Part shown: positions 1-10,705 of the stretch, piece by piece
Numbering within the stretch: the stretch's first letter is position 1
Layout of the letters: each line of letters opens with the position of its first letter
Assembly: GCF_003334405.1 (NCBI RefSeq)
Contig: NZ_QOWM01000002.1
Reading direction: 5' to 3' (one strand)
Length of the DNA stretch: 64,000 bases
From: Escherichia coli
GTDB taxonomy: Bacteria; Pseudomonadota; Gammaproteobacteria; Enterobacterales; Enterobacteriaceae
Notes under the pieces: generated by a model
Told to the model about the DNA's origin: nothing
Seen by the model: the letters and a program-made list of their open reading frames with translations, nothing else
Database searches by the model: none
Program-made: the position numbers and the translations under genes

Positions 1-2
1 AT

Positions 3-803
3 CACACCACGCAATATGTTTATGAGCATCGCATGGGCGTCAAACCTGGCGGCAATATTGCACTGCTGGCGTGTGCAGGTCCGATGGGCATTGGCGCTAT
101 CGATTACGCCATTAACGGCGGCATACAACCGTCGCGGGTGGTGGTGGTCGATATCGACGACAAACGTCTGGCGCAGGTACAGAAGCTGCTGCCGGTGGAA
201 CTGGCGGCCAGTAAAGGCATTGAGCTGGTGTATGTGAATACCAAAGGGATGAGCGATCCTGTCCAGATGCTGCGGGCGCTGACAGGAGATGCCGGGTTCG
301 ATGACATTTTTGTTTATGCGGCGGTGCCTGCTGTCGTTGAGATGGCTGATGAATTACTGGCGGAAGATGGCTGTCTGAACTTCTTTGCCGGGCCGACGGA
401 TAAAAACTTCAAAGTGCCGTTTAATTTCTACAACGTCCATTACAACAGCACGCACGTCGTCGGTACATCTGGCGGTTCAACGGACGACATGAAAGAGGCG
501 ATTGCCCTTAGCGCCACTGGGCAGTTACAGCCGTCGTTTATGGTGACCCATATCGGTGGCCTGGATGCGGTGCCAGAAACCGTGCTCAATCTGCCGGATA
601 TCCCTGGCGGTAAAAAACTCATTTATAACGGCGTGACCATGCCGCTCACTGCCATTGCCGATTTTGCCGAAAAAGGCAAAACCGATCCGCTGTTTAAAGA
701 GTTGGCGCGGCTGGTTGAGGAAACGCACGGCATCTGGAATGAACAGGCCGAGAAATATCTGCTGGCACAATTTGGCGTTGATATCGGGGAGGCCGCGCAA
801 TGA
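3..803 (+). CDS. yggP: Zn-dependent alcohol dehydrogenase-like oxidoreductase, C-terminal part (gene starts upstream of the window)
   Basis: Open frame runs from the window edge to the stop at 803; translation has a Rossmann-type GxGxxG segment (LLACAGPMGIGAID); lies immediately upstream of the GlpX paralog as in K-12. The ATG at 33 is internal, not the true start. Confidence 0.7.
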   Translation, partial: HTTQYVYEHRMGVKPGGNIALLACAGPMGIGAIDYAINGGIQPSRVVVVDIDDKRLAQVQKLLPVELAASKGIELVYVNTKGMSDPVQMLRALTGDAGFDDIFVYAAVPAVVEMADELLAEDGCLNFFAGPTDKNFKVPFNFYNVHYNSTHVVGTSGGSTDDMKEAIALSATGQLQPSFMVTHIGGLDAVPETVLNLPDIPGGKKLIYNGVTMPLTAIADFAEKGKTDPLFKELARLVEETHGIWNEQAEKYLLAQFGVDIGEAAQ

Positions 804-1765
804 TGTCCCTGGCGTGGCCATTATTTCGCGTTACGGAACAGGCAGCGTTGGCTGCCTGGCCGCAAACCGGATGTGGCGACAAAAATAAAATTGATGGCCT
901 GGCGGTCACCGCGATGCGCCAGGCATTAAACGACGTCGCTTTTCGTGGACGAGTGGTTATCGGCGAAGGAGAAATTGACCATGCGCCGATGCTGTGGATT
1001 GGCGAAGAGGTGGGCAAAGGCGATGGGCCAGAAGTCGATATCGCGGTTGATCCCATTGAAGGCACGCGGATGGTGGCGATGGGGCAGAGCAATGCGCTGG
1101 CGGTCATGGCTTTCGCCCCTCGAGATAGCCTGTTACATGCGCCCGATATGTATATGAAAAAGCTGGTTGTTAATCGGCTGGCGGCGGGCGCGATTGATCT
1201 GTCTTTGCCTCTGACGGACAACCTGCGCAACGTGGCGAAAGCGTTAGGCAAACCGCTGGATAAGCTGCGCATGGTTACGCTGGATAAACCGCGCCTGAGT
1301 GCCGCGATTGAGGAAGCAACACAGCTGGGCGTGAAGGTTTTTGCCCTGCCGGATGGCGATGTCGCCGCCAGCGTGCTGACCTGCTGGCAGGATAATCCTT
1401 ACGATGTGATGTACACCATCGGCGGTGCGCCAGAAGGCGTGATTTCTGCCTGTGCCGTTAAAGCATTAGGCGGGGATATGCAGGCCGAGCTGATTGACTT
1501 TTGCCAGGCTAAAGGGGATTACACGGAAAATCGGCAGATTGCAGAGCAGGAGCGCAAGCGTTGCAAGGCAATGGGCGTTGACGTTAACCGTGTGTACTCG
1601 CTCGATGAACTGGTGAGGGGGAACGATATCCTCTTTAGCGCTACGGGCGTGACGGGCGGTGAGCTGGTGAACGGTATCCAACAGACGGCGAATGGGGTGC
1701 GGACGCAGACATTACTGATCGGCGGCGCGGACCAAACGTGTAATATAATAGACTCCCTGCATTGA
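800..1765 (+). CDS. yggF: fructose-1,6-bisphosphatase class II (GlpX paralog)
   Basis: 321 aa ORF; GlpX-family motifs (VVIGEGEIDHAPML, DPIEGT); ATG overlaps the upstream stop (ATGA). Confidence 0.85.
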   Translation: MMSLAWPLFRVTEQAALAAWPQTGCGDKNKIDGLAVTAMRQALNDVAFRGRVVIGEGEIDHAPMLWIGEEVGKGDGPEVDIAVDPIEGTRMVAMGQSNALAVMAFAPRDSLLHAPDMYMKKLVVNRLAAGAIDLSLPLTDNLRNVAKALGKPLDKLRMVTLDKPRLSAAIEEATQLGVKVFALPDGDVAASVLTCWQDNPYDVMYTIGGAPEGVISACAVKALGGDMQAELIDFCQAKGDYTENRQIAEQERKRCKAMGVDVNRVYSLDELVRGNDILFSATGVTGGELVNGIQQTANGVRTQTLLIGGADQTCNIIDSLH

Positions 1766-1786
1766 TGGTGATCTATCGGAAGACCA

Positions 1787-2296
1787 ATGGCGACGCTGAC
1801 AGAAGATGATGTGCTTGAGCAACTGGATGCACAGGACAATTTATTTTCATTTATGAAAACTGCGCATACCATTTTGCTCCAGGGGATACGCCAGTTTCTG
1901 CCGTCGCTGTTTGTCGATAACGATGAAGAGATCGTGGAATATGCAGTGAAGCCGTTACTCGCCCAAAGCGGCCCGCTTGACGATATTGATGTTGCACTGC
2001 GTTTGATTTATGCGTTGGGGAAAATGGATAAATGGTTGTACGCCGATATCACGCATTTTTCCCAGTTCTGGCATTACCTGAACGAACAGGATGAAACGCC
2101 CGGATTTGCCGATGACATGACCTGGGATTTTATCAGCAACGTCAATAGCATAACCCGCAATGCGATGCTCTATGACGCGTTAAAAGCGATGAAGTTCGCT
2201 GATTTCTCCGTCTGGTCAGAGGCGCGTTTTAGCGGAATGGTCAAAACGGCGCTGACGCTGGCAGTAACGACCACCTTAAAGGAATTAACGCCGTGA
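1787..2296 (+). CDS. yggD: MtlR-like protein (mannitol-operon-repressor family)
   Basis: 169 aa ORF; position between yggF and yggC matches K-12 synteny. Confidence 0.75.
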   Translation: MATLTEDDVLEQLDAQDNLFSFMKTAHTILLQGIRQFLPSLFVDNDEEIVEYAVKPLLAQSGPLDDIDVALRLIYALGKMDKWLYADITHFSQFWHYLNEQDETPGFADDMTWDFISNVNSITRNAMLYDALKAMKFADFSVWSEARFSGMVKTALTLAVTTTLKELTP

Positions 2297-3006
2297 AAAT
2301 TGAATTAACGGTGAATGGGCTGAAGATACAGGCACAGTACCAGAACGAAGAGATTGAAAATGTACATAAACCGTTGCTGCACATGTTGGCGGCCTTACAG
2401 ACGGTAAATCCGCAGCGGCGTACGGTGGTTTTTCTTTGCGCTCCGCCGGGGACGGGTAAATCAACCCTAACCACCTTCTGGGAATATCTCGCGCAACAAG
2501 ACCCGGAACTGCCCGCTATTCAGACGCTCCCGATGGATGGTTTTCACCATTACAATAGCTGGCTGGATGCGCATCAATTGCGCCCCTTCAAAGGCGCACC
2601 AGAGACATTTGACGTTGCGAAACTGACGGAAAATCTGCGCCAGGTCGTGGAAGGGGATTGTACGTGGCCGCAGTACGATCGACAAAAGCATGATCCTGTT
2701 GAAGATGCGTTGCACGTTACCGCACCACTCGTCATCGTCGAAGGAAACTGGTTGTTACTGGATGATGAAAAGTGGCTGGAGTTGGCATCTTTCTGCGATT
2801 TTTCTATTTTTATTCATGCACCTGCTCAAATTCTGCGGGAGCGCTTGATTAGTCGTAAAATTGCGGGAGGATTAACGCGGCAAGTAGCCGAAGCATTTTA
2901 TGCCCGCACCGATGGCCCCAATGTCGAGCGTGTGCTGATGAATAGCCGTCAGGCCAATCTGATAGTAGAGATGACTGAAGAAGGCCGGTATCACTTCACA
3001 AGCTGA
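2293..3006 (+). CDS. yggC: P-loop nucleoside/pantothenate kinase-like protein
   Basis: 237 aa ORF with Walker A motif (APPGTGKST); GTG start overlaps the yggD stop (GTGA). Confidence 0.8.
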   Translation: MKIELTVNGLKIQAQYQNEEIENVHKPLLHMLAALQTVNPQRRTVVFLCAPPGTGKSTLTTFWEYLAQQDPELPAIQTLPMDGFHHYNSWLDAHQLRPFKGAPETFDVAKLTENLRQVVEGDCTWPQYDRQKHDPVEDALHVTAPLVIVEGNWLLLDDEKWLELASFCDFSIFIHAPAQILRERLISRKIAGGLTRQVAEAFYARTDGPNVERVLMNSRQANLIVEMTEEGRYHFTS

Positions 3007-3290
3007 CAATTTATTCCAGTTATTGTAGGGTTATTATTACGCCAGCCTGGAATAAAGCTTCCCACAAAAGGGGATAAAAGTGTGATGTGAGTCAGATAAA
3101 TGTCTTCTTCGGCTGGACAAACATTCCTTTTATTCCACGTTTCGCTTATCCTAGCTGAAGCGTTTCAGTCGATTAAATGTTCGACAATTAACCAATCAGT
3201 CGCAGTTTGCGACAGGTAAGGTTTCCCCGGACGATTTGCTGGATTACTCTGTCTGGCAAATTTGCTCAGGGAAAACCTTGCAGGAGATCT

Positions 3291-4310
3291 ATGACCGTAC
3301 GCGTAGCGATAAATGGCTTCGGTCGCATCGGGCGTAATGTGGTTCGTGCTTTGTATGAATCCGGACGCCGGGCGGAAATTACCGTGGTGGCAATCAACGA
3401 ACTGGCGGATGCTGCGGGCATGGCGCATTTGTTGAAATATGACACCAGCCATGGCCGTTTTGCATGGGAAGTACGACAGGAACGCGATCAACTTTTTGTT
3501 GGTGATGACGCCATCCGCGTATTGCATGAACGTTCACTGCAATCGCTCCCCTGGCGTGAACTTGGCGTTGATGTAGTCCTCGACTGCACCGGCGTATATG
3601 GCTCCCGCGAGCATGGCGAAGCGCATATTGCCGCCGGGGCCAAAAAAGTGCTCTTTTCACATCCTGGCAGTAACGATCTCGACGCGACCGTTGTTTACGG
3701 CGTCAATCAGGATCAACTTCGTGCGGAACACCGCATCGTTTCTAACGCTTCCTGTACCACGAATTGCATAATTCCCGTCATCAAATTGTTAGATGATGCG
3801 TACGGTATTGAGTCCGGCACTGTGACCACAATTCACTCCGCCATGCACGATCAACAGGTTATTGATGCATACCATCCTGACCTGCGTCGCACCCGGGCAG
3901 CCAGCCAGTCGATCATTCCGGTCGATACTAAACTGGCCGCCGGTATCACACGATTTTTTCCGCAATTTAACGATCGCTTTGAAGCGATTGCGGTACGTGT
4001 GCCAACCATAAATGTGACGGCAATCGATTTAAGCGTGACGGTGAAGAAACCTGTAAAAGCCAATGAAGTCAACCTGTTGCTGCAAAAAGCAGCACAAGGT
4101 GCATTTCATGGTATAGTTGACTATACGGAATTGCCGTTGGTCTCTGTAGATTTTAACCACGATCCGCACAGTGCCATTGTCGATGGCACCCAAACCCGGG
4201 TCAGTGGCGCACACCTGATCAAAACGTTGGTCTGGTGCGATAACGAATGGGGCTTTGCTAACCGAATGCTCGACACGACGTTAGCTATGGCTACTGTTGC
4301 TTTCAGGTAA
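3291..4310 (+). CDS. epd: D-erythrose-4-phosphate dehydrogenase
   Basis: 339 aa from the internal ATG ([17 protein letters not shown]...); GAPDH-family N-terminus and active-site region (SNASCTTNC); the ORF-track start at 3207 is a spurious extension. Confidence 0.9.
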
Positions 4311-4359
4311 GACGCAAGCAGCGTCTGCAAAACTTTTAGAATCAACGAGAGGATTCACC

Positions 4360-5523
4360 ATGTCTGTAATTAAGATGACCGATCTGGATCTTGCTGGGAA
4401 ACGTGTATTTATCCGTGCGGATCTGAACGTACCAGTAAAAGACGGGAAAGTAACCAGCGACGCGCGTATCCGTGCTTCTCTGCCGACCATCGAACTGGCC
4501 CTGAAACAAGGCGCAAAAGTGATGGTAACTTCCCACCTGGGTCGTCCTACCGAAGGCGAGTACAACGAAGAATTCTCTCTGCTGCCGGTTGTTAACTACC
4601 TGAAAGACAAACTGTCTAACCCGGTTCGTCTGGTTAAAGATTACCTCGACGGCGTTGACGTTGCTGAAGGTGAACTGGTTGTTCTGGAAAACGTTCGCTT
4701 CAACAAAGGCGAGAAGAAAGACGACGAAACCCTGTCCAAAAAATACGCTGCACTGTGTGACGTGTTCGTAATGGACGCATTCGGTACTGCTCACCGCGCG
4801 CAGGCTTCTACTCACGGTATCGGTAAATTCGCTGACGTTGCGTGCGCAGGCCCGCTGCTGGCAGCTGAACTGGACGCGCTGGGTAAAGCACTGAAAGAAC
4901 CTGCTCGCCCGATGGTGGCTATCGTTGGTGGTTCTAAAGTATCTACCAAACTGACCGTTCTGGACTCCCTGTCTAAAATCGCTGACCAGCTGATTGTTGG
5001 TGGTGGTATCGCTAACACCTTTATCGCGGCACAAGGCCACGATGTGGGTAAATCCCTGTACGAAGCTGACCTGGTTGACGAAGCTAAACGTCTGCTGACC
5101 ACCTGCAACATCCCGGTTCCGTCTGATGTTCGCGTAGCAACCGAGTTCTCTGAAACTGCACCGGCTACCCTGAAATCTGTTAACGATGTGAAAGCTGACG
5201 AGCAGATCCTGGATATCGGTGATGCTTCCGCTCAGGAACTGGCTGAAATCCTGAAGAATGCGAAAACCATTCTGTGGAACGGTCCGGTTGGCGTGTTCGA
5301 ATTCCCGAACTTCCGCAAAGGTACTGAAATCGTGGCTAACGCTATCGCAGACAGCGAAGCGTTCTCCATCGCTGGCGGCGGCGACACTCTGGCAGCAATC
5401 GACCTGTTCGGCATTGCTGACAAAATCTCCTACATCTCCACTGGCGGCGGCGCATTCCTCGAATTCGTGGAAGGTAAAGTACTGCCTGCAGTAGCGATGC
5501 TCGAAGAGCGCGCTAAGAAGTAA
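4360..5523 (+). CDS. pgk: phosphoglycerate kinase
   Basis: 387 aa from [25 protein letters not shown]...; classic Pgk sequence; the track start at 4297 is an upstream extension. Confidence 0.95.
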
Positions 5524-5530
5524 AAAATCA

Positions 5531-5557
5531 CAGGGCAGGGAAACCTGCCCTTGTTTC
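5531..5557 (+). terminator. stem-loop (GGGCAGG-GAAA-CCTGCCC) followed by a weak T-tract between pgk and fbaA; possible partial terminator/attenuator
   Basis: 7-bp inverted repeat seen directly in the sequence just after the pgk stop. Confidence 0.4.
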
Positions 5558-5737
5558 AGCGCGCTTTTAGAGCACGCAATTTTTCATACTCTAAATAATT
5601 CGAGTTGCAGGAAGGCGACAAGAGAGTGAATCCCCAGGAGCTTACATAAGTAAGTGACTGGGGTGAGCGAACGCAGACGCAGCACATGCAACTTGAAGTA
5701 TGACGAGTATAAGGCCCGACGATACAGGACAAGAGAC

Positions 5738-6817
5738 ATGTCTAAGATTTTTGATTTCGTAAAACCTGGCGTAATCACTGGTGATGACGTACAGAAAGTT
5801 TTCCAGGTAGCAAAAGAAAACAACTTCGCACTGCCAGCAGTAAACTGCGTCGGTACTGACTCCATCAACGCCGTACTGGAAACCGCTGCTAAAGTTAAAG
5901 CGCCGGTTATCGTTCAGTTCTCCAACGGTGGTGCTTCTTTTATCGCTGGTAAAGGCGTGAAATCTGACGTTCCGCAGGGTGCTGCTATCCTGGGCGCGAT
6001 CTCTGGTGCGCATCACGTTCACCAGATGGCTGAACATTATGGTGTTCCGGTTATCCTGCACACTGACCACTGCGCGAAGAAACTGCTGCCGTGGATCGAC
6101 GGTCTGTTGGACGCGGGTGAAAAACACTTCGCAGCTACCGGTAAGCCGCTGTTCTCTTCTCACATGATCGACCTGTCTGAAGAATCTCTGCAAGAGAACA
6201 TCGAAATCTGCTCTAAATACCTGGAGCGCATGTCCAAAATCGGCATGACTCTGGAAATCGAACTGGGTTGCACCGGTGGTGAAGAAGACGGCGTGGACAA
6301 CAGCCACATGGACGCTTCTGCACTGTACACCCAGCCGGAAGACGTTGATTACGCATACACCGAACTGAGCAAAATCAGCCCGCGTTTCACCATCGCAGCG
6401 TCCTTCGGTAACGTACACGGTGTTTACAAGCCGGGTAACGTGGTTCTGACTCCGACCATCCTGCGTGATTCTCAGGAATATGTTTCCAAGAAACACAACC
6501 TGCCGCACAACAGCCTGAACTTCGTATTCCACGGTGGTTCCGGTTCTACTGCTCAGGAAATCAAAGACTCCGTAAGCTACGGCGTAGTAAAAATGAACAT
6601 CGATACCGATACCCAATGGGCAACCTGGGAAGGCGTTCTGAACTACTACAAAGCGAACGAAGCTTATCTGCAGGGTCAGCTGGGTAACCCGAAAGGCGAA
6701 GATCAGCCGAACAAGAAATACTACGATCCGCGCGTATGGCTGCGTGCCGGTCAGACTTCGATGATCGCTCGTCTGGAGAAAGCATTCCAGGAACTGAACG
6801 CGATCGACGTTCTGTAA
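5738..6817 (+). CDS. fbaA: fructose-bisphosphate aldolase class II
   Basis: 359 aa from MSKIFDFVKPGVITGDDVQKVF...; the track start at 5654 is an upstream extension. Confidence 0.95.
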   Translation: MSKIFDFVKPGVITGDDVQKVFQVAKENNFALPAVNCVGTDSINAVLETAAKVKAPVIVQFSNGGASFIAGKGVKSDVPQGAAILGAISGAHHVHQMAEHYGVPVILHTDHCAKKLLPWIDGLLDAGEKHFAATGKPLFSSHMIDLSEESLQENIEICSKYLERMSKIGMTLEIELGCTGGEEDGVDNSHMDASALYTQPEDVDYAYTELSKISPRFTIAASFGNVHGVYKPGNVVLTPTILRDSQEYVSKKHNLPHNSLNFVFHGGSGSTAQEIKDSVSYGVVKMNIDTDTQWATWEGVLNYYKANEAYLQGQLGNPKGEDQPNKKYYDPRVWLRAGQTSMIARLEKAFQELNAIDVL

Positions 6818-6842
6818 GATATTCCTTTCTGCTTATCTCAAG

Positions 6843-6867
6843 GCCCGCTCTGCGGGTCTTTTTTTCG
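6843..6867 (+). terminator. rho-independent terminator after fbaA
   Basis: CCCGC-TCT-GCGGG stem followed by TCTTTTTTT. Confidence 0.6.
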
Positions 6868-6877
6868 CCAAAAGCAA

Positions 6878-6985
6878 AATTGCCTGATGCGCTACGCTTA
6901 TCAGGCCTACACGTATCCTGCAATATATTGAATTTGCAGGTTTTTGTAGGCCGGATAAGGCGTTCACGCCGCATCCGGCATGACA
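6878..6985. repeat. REP/BIME element (two REP units in opposite orientation)
   Basis: GCCTGATGCGCTACGCTTATCAGGCCTAC and GTAGGCCGGATAAGGCGTTCACGCCGCATCCGGCA are canonical E. coli REP palindromes. Confidence 0.8.
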
Positions 6986-7010
6986 AAGCGCACATTGATA
7001 TCTGTCTGAG

Positions 7011-7033
7011 CCCCGCTCTGCGGGGATTTTTTC
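7011..7033 (+). terminator. second terminator-like hairpin (near-duplicate of the one at 6843)
   Basis: CCCCGC-TCT-GCGGGG stem plus T-tract, followed by the same TCGCCAAAAGCAA tail as the first copy. Confidence 0.45.
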
Positions 7034-7174
7034 GCCAAAAGCAAGGTGATTCAGATGAGAAATCTGTGATCTATTTGGCAAAATTATGCTTTATTGTTTA
7101 CCCTTGTCAGACTGCCCGTCATAAGGCGGCGGAGTGTATTTCTCCATTTTGAGTCAGTTGAAAAGGAATATTGA

Positions 7175-8035
<861 letters not shown>

Positions 8036-8173
8036 TCAACGCTGAGGCCAGATAATACTCTCTGGCCTCTCTCTTATTAGTTTTTCTGATTGCCAATTAA
8101 TATTATCAATTTCCGCTAATAACAATCCCGCGATATAGTCTCTGCATCAGATACTTAATTCGGAATATCCAAC

Positions 8174-8809
8174 GTGTTTTCTTATTACTTTCAAGGTCTT
8201 GCACTTGGGGCGGCTATGATCCTACCGCTCGGTCCACAAAATGCTTTTGTGATGAATCAGGGCATACGTCGTCAGTACCACATTATGATTGCCTTACTTT
8301 GTGCTATCAGCGATTTGGTCCTGATTTGCGCCGGGATTTTTGGTGGCAGCGCGTTATTGATGCAGTCGCCGTGGTTGCTGGCGCTGGTCACCTGGGGCGG
8401 CGTAGCCTTCTTGCTGTGGTATGGTTTTGGCGCTTTTAAAACAGCAATGAGCAGTAATATTGAGTTAGCCAGCGCCGAAGTCATGAAGCAAGGCAGATGG
8501 AAAATTATCGCCACCATGTTGGCAGTGACCTGGCTGAATCCGCATGTTTACCTGGATACTTTTGTTGTACTGGGCAGCCTTGGCGGGCAACTTGATGTGG
8601 AACCAAAACGCTGGTTTGCACTCGGGACAATTAGCGCCTCTTTCCTGTGGTTCTTTGGTCTGGCTCTTCTCGCAGCCTGGCTGGCACCGCGTCTGCGCAC
8701 GGCAAAAGCACAGCGCATTATCAATCTGGTTGTGGGATGTGTTATGTGGTTTATTGCCTTGCAGCTGGCGAGAGACGGTATTGCTCATGCACAAGCCTTG
8801 TTCAGTTAG
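8174..8809 (+). CDS. argO: arginine exporter (LysE family)
   Basis: 211 aa hydrophobic LysE-type protein; position and divergent LysR regulator argP nearby are consistent. Confidence 0.9.
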   Translation: MFSYYFQGLALGAAMILPLGPQNAFVMNQGIRRQYHIMIALLCAISDLVLICAGIFGGSALLMQSPWLLALVTWGGVAFLLWYGFGAFKTAMSSNIELASAEVMKQGRWKIIATMLAVTWLNPHVYLDTFVVLGSLGGQLDVEPKRWFALGTISASFLWFFGLALLAAWLAPRLRTAKAQRIINLVVGCVMWFIALQLARDGIAHAQALFS

Positions 8810-8901
8810 GCGCTATCTGATGGAAAAATAAAACAGAGGCGCTAAGCTTGCCTCCAGAGGTCCTGAATTTTGGGCAAGTCAATTAACACGGAGAGACTAA
8901 C

Positions 8902-9642
8902 GTGAAGTTCAAAGTTATCGCCCTGGCGGCATTAATGGGTATTAGCGGGATGGCAGCGCAGGCTAACGAATTGCCGGATGGACCGCATATTGTCACCTCC
9001 GGTACGGCAAGCGTGGATGCGGTGCCAGACATTGCCACTCTTGCGATTGAAGTTAACGTGGCCGCGAAGGATGCCGCTACTGCCAAGAAACAGGCAGATG
9101 AGCGCGTCGCACAATACATTTCCTTCCTTGAACTCAATCAGATCGCGAAAAAAGATATCAGCTCAGCGAACTTACGCACCCAGCCAGATTATGATTATCA
9201 GGATGGTAAAAGTATCCTTAAAGGCTACCGCGCTGTGAGAACGGTGGAAGTCACGCTCCGTCAGTTAGACAAACTGAATTCCTTGCTGGATGGCGCGCTG
9301 AAGGCGGGTCTTAACGAAATTCGTTCTGTGTCGCTGGGCGTGGCGCAGCCGGATGCCTATAAAGACAAAGCGCGTAAGGCAGCGATTGATAACGCGATTC
9401 ATCAGGCGCAGGAACTGGCGAACGGCTTTCATCGTAAACTGGGGCCGGTATATAGCGTGCGCTACCATGTTTCCAACTATCAGCCCAGCCCAATGGTGCG
9501 GATGATGAAAGCCGATGCCGCGCCGGTGTCCGCCCAGGAAACTTACGAGCAGGCCGCTATTCAGTTTGATGATCAGGTCGATGTGGTCTTCCAGTTAGAA
9601 CCTGTGGATCAACAACCCGCTAAAACACCTGCAGCACAATAA
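8902..9642 (+). CDS. yggE: periplasmic DUF541/SIMPL-like oxidative-stress defence protein
   Basis: 246 aa with N-terminal signal peptide (MKFKVIALAALMGISGMAAQA); GTG start. Confidence 0.85.
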   Translation: MKFKVIALAALMGISGMAAQANELPDGPHIVTSGTASVDAVPDIATLAIEVNVAAKDAATAKKQADERVAQYISFLELNQIAKKDISSANLRTQPDYDYQDGKSILKGYRAVRTVEVTLRQLDKLNSLLDGALKAGLNEIRSVSLGVAQPDAYKDKARKAAIDNAIHQAQELANGFHRKLGPVYSVRYHVSNYQPSPMVRMMKADAAPVSAQETYEQAAIQFDDQVDVVFQLEPVDQQPAKTPAAQ

Positions 9643-9808
9643 TATTTGTAGCCCGACGTATTCGTCGGGCTAATGCCTTTACCCGATATTGCCTCCTTTT
9701 TCTGTAATTTTCTGTAAAACCATGACGTAATCACCTATCTTTGCTCGCGGTTTCATCAAGGATAGGCTGACTGAAACGGTTAAGCGGACAAGGATGCGGG
9801 GGAGGGGG

Positions 9809-10705
9809 ATGGACATTTTTATTTCGAAAAAGATGCGCAATTTCATTTTATTAGCGCAAACCAATAATATTGCCCGGGCGGCAGAAAAAATCCATATGAC
9901 GGCTTCGCCATTTGGTAAAAGCATTGCCGCGCTGGAAGAACAAATTGGCTATACGCTATTTACCCGCAAAGATAATAATATCAGCCTCAATAAAGCCGGA
10001 CAGGAACTGTATCAAAAACTGTTCCCGGTTTATCAACGGCTTTCTGCGATTGATAATGAAATCCATAACTCAGGGCGTCGTTCACGAGAAATTGTGATTG
10101 GCATAGATAATACTTATCCGACAATTATTTTCGATCAGTTGATTAGTCTCGGAGATAAGTATGAAGGCGTGACCGCCCAGCCAGTTGAGTTCAGCGAAAA
10201 TGGCGTTATCGATAATCTTTTTGACCGCCAGTTAGATTTTATTATCTCCCCACAGCATGTATCTGCACGAGTTCAGGAACTGGAAAACCTGACTATCAGT
10301 GAACTACCACCGCTGCGATTAGGCTTTCTCGTTTCTCGCCGTTATGAAGAGCGACAAGAGCAAGAGCTGCTTCAGGAGCTGCCCTGGCTACAAATGCGCT
10401 TTCAGAACCGGGCCAACTTCGAAGCAATGATTGATGCGAATATGCGACCTTGTGGGATCAATCCAACCATTATTTATCGTCCCTACAGTTTTATGGCCAA
10501 AATCAGCGCCGTGGAGCGCGGACATTTTCTGACGGTGATCCCGCATTTTGCCTGGCGACTGGTGAATCCGGCAACGCTGAAATATTTTGATGCACCGCAC
10601 AGGCCGATGTATATGCAGGAATATCTTTATTCAATCAGAAATCATCGTTATACCGCCACGATGCTTCAGCATATTGCTGAAGATCGTGACGGGACGAGTC
10701 ATTAA
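9809..10705 (+). CDS. ygfI: LysR-family transcriptional regulator
   Basis: 298 aa from MDIFISKKMRNFILLAQTNNIARAAEKIHMTASPFGKS (HTH); the track start at 9794 is extended. Confidence 0.8.
   Translation: MDIFISKKMRNFILLAQTNNIARAAEKIHMTASPFGKSIAALEEQIGYTLFTRKDNNISLNKAGQELYQKLFPVYQRLSAIDNEIHNSGRRSREIVIGIDNTYPTIIFDQLISLGDKYEGVTAQPVEFSENGVIDNLFDRQLDFIISPQHVSARVQELENLTISELPPLRLGFLVSRRYEERQEQELLQELPWLQMRFQNRANFEAMIDANMRPCGINPTIIYRPYSFMAKISAVERGHFLTVIPHFAWRLVNPATLKYFDAPHRPMYMQEYLYSIRNHRYTATMLQHIAEDRDGTSH

Noticed and set aside
3207-3290. Upstream-extended starts proposed by the ORF track (epd 3207, pgk 4297, fbaA 5654, pepP 21929, ygfA 20939, argP 17295, rpiA 17585, guaD 51336, xanQ 52688, uacT 45744, ssnA 57887).
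   Set aside because: The internal start codons give the expected protein lengths and N-termini and have better spacing to Shine-Dalgarno sequences; some extensions would overlap terminators or the 6S RNA gene.
5642-6616. 324-aa ORF antisense to fbaA, and similar long antisense ORFs (694..1272, 4342..5040, 22502..23206, 28826..29956, 40761..41765, 41793..43208).
   Set aside because: They lie entirely opposite strongly supported housekeeping genes, have low-complexity or atypical composition, and lack credible ribosome-binding sites; these are typical shadow ORFs in GC-balanced coding DNA.
9643-9680. Hairpin after yggE (AGCCCGACG-TATT-CGTCGGGCT) as a rho-independent terminator.
   Set aside because: The stem is good but is not followed by a T-tract, so I did not list it as a terminator feature; it may still act as an RNA-stabilising stem-loop.
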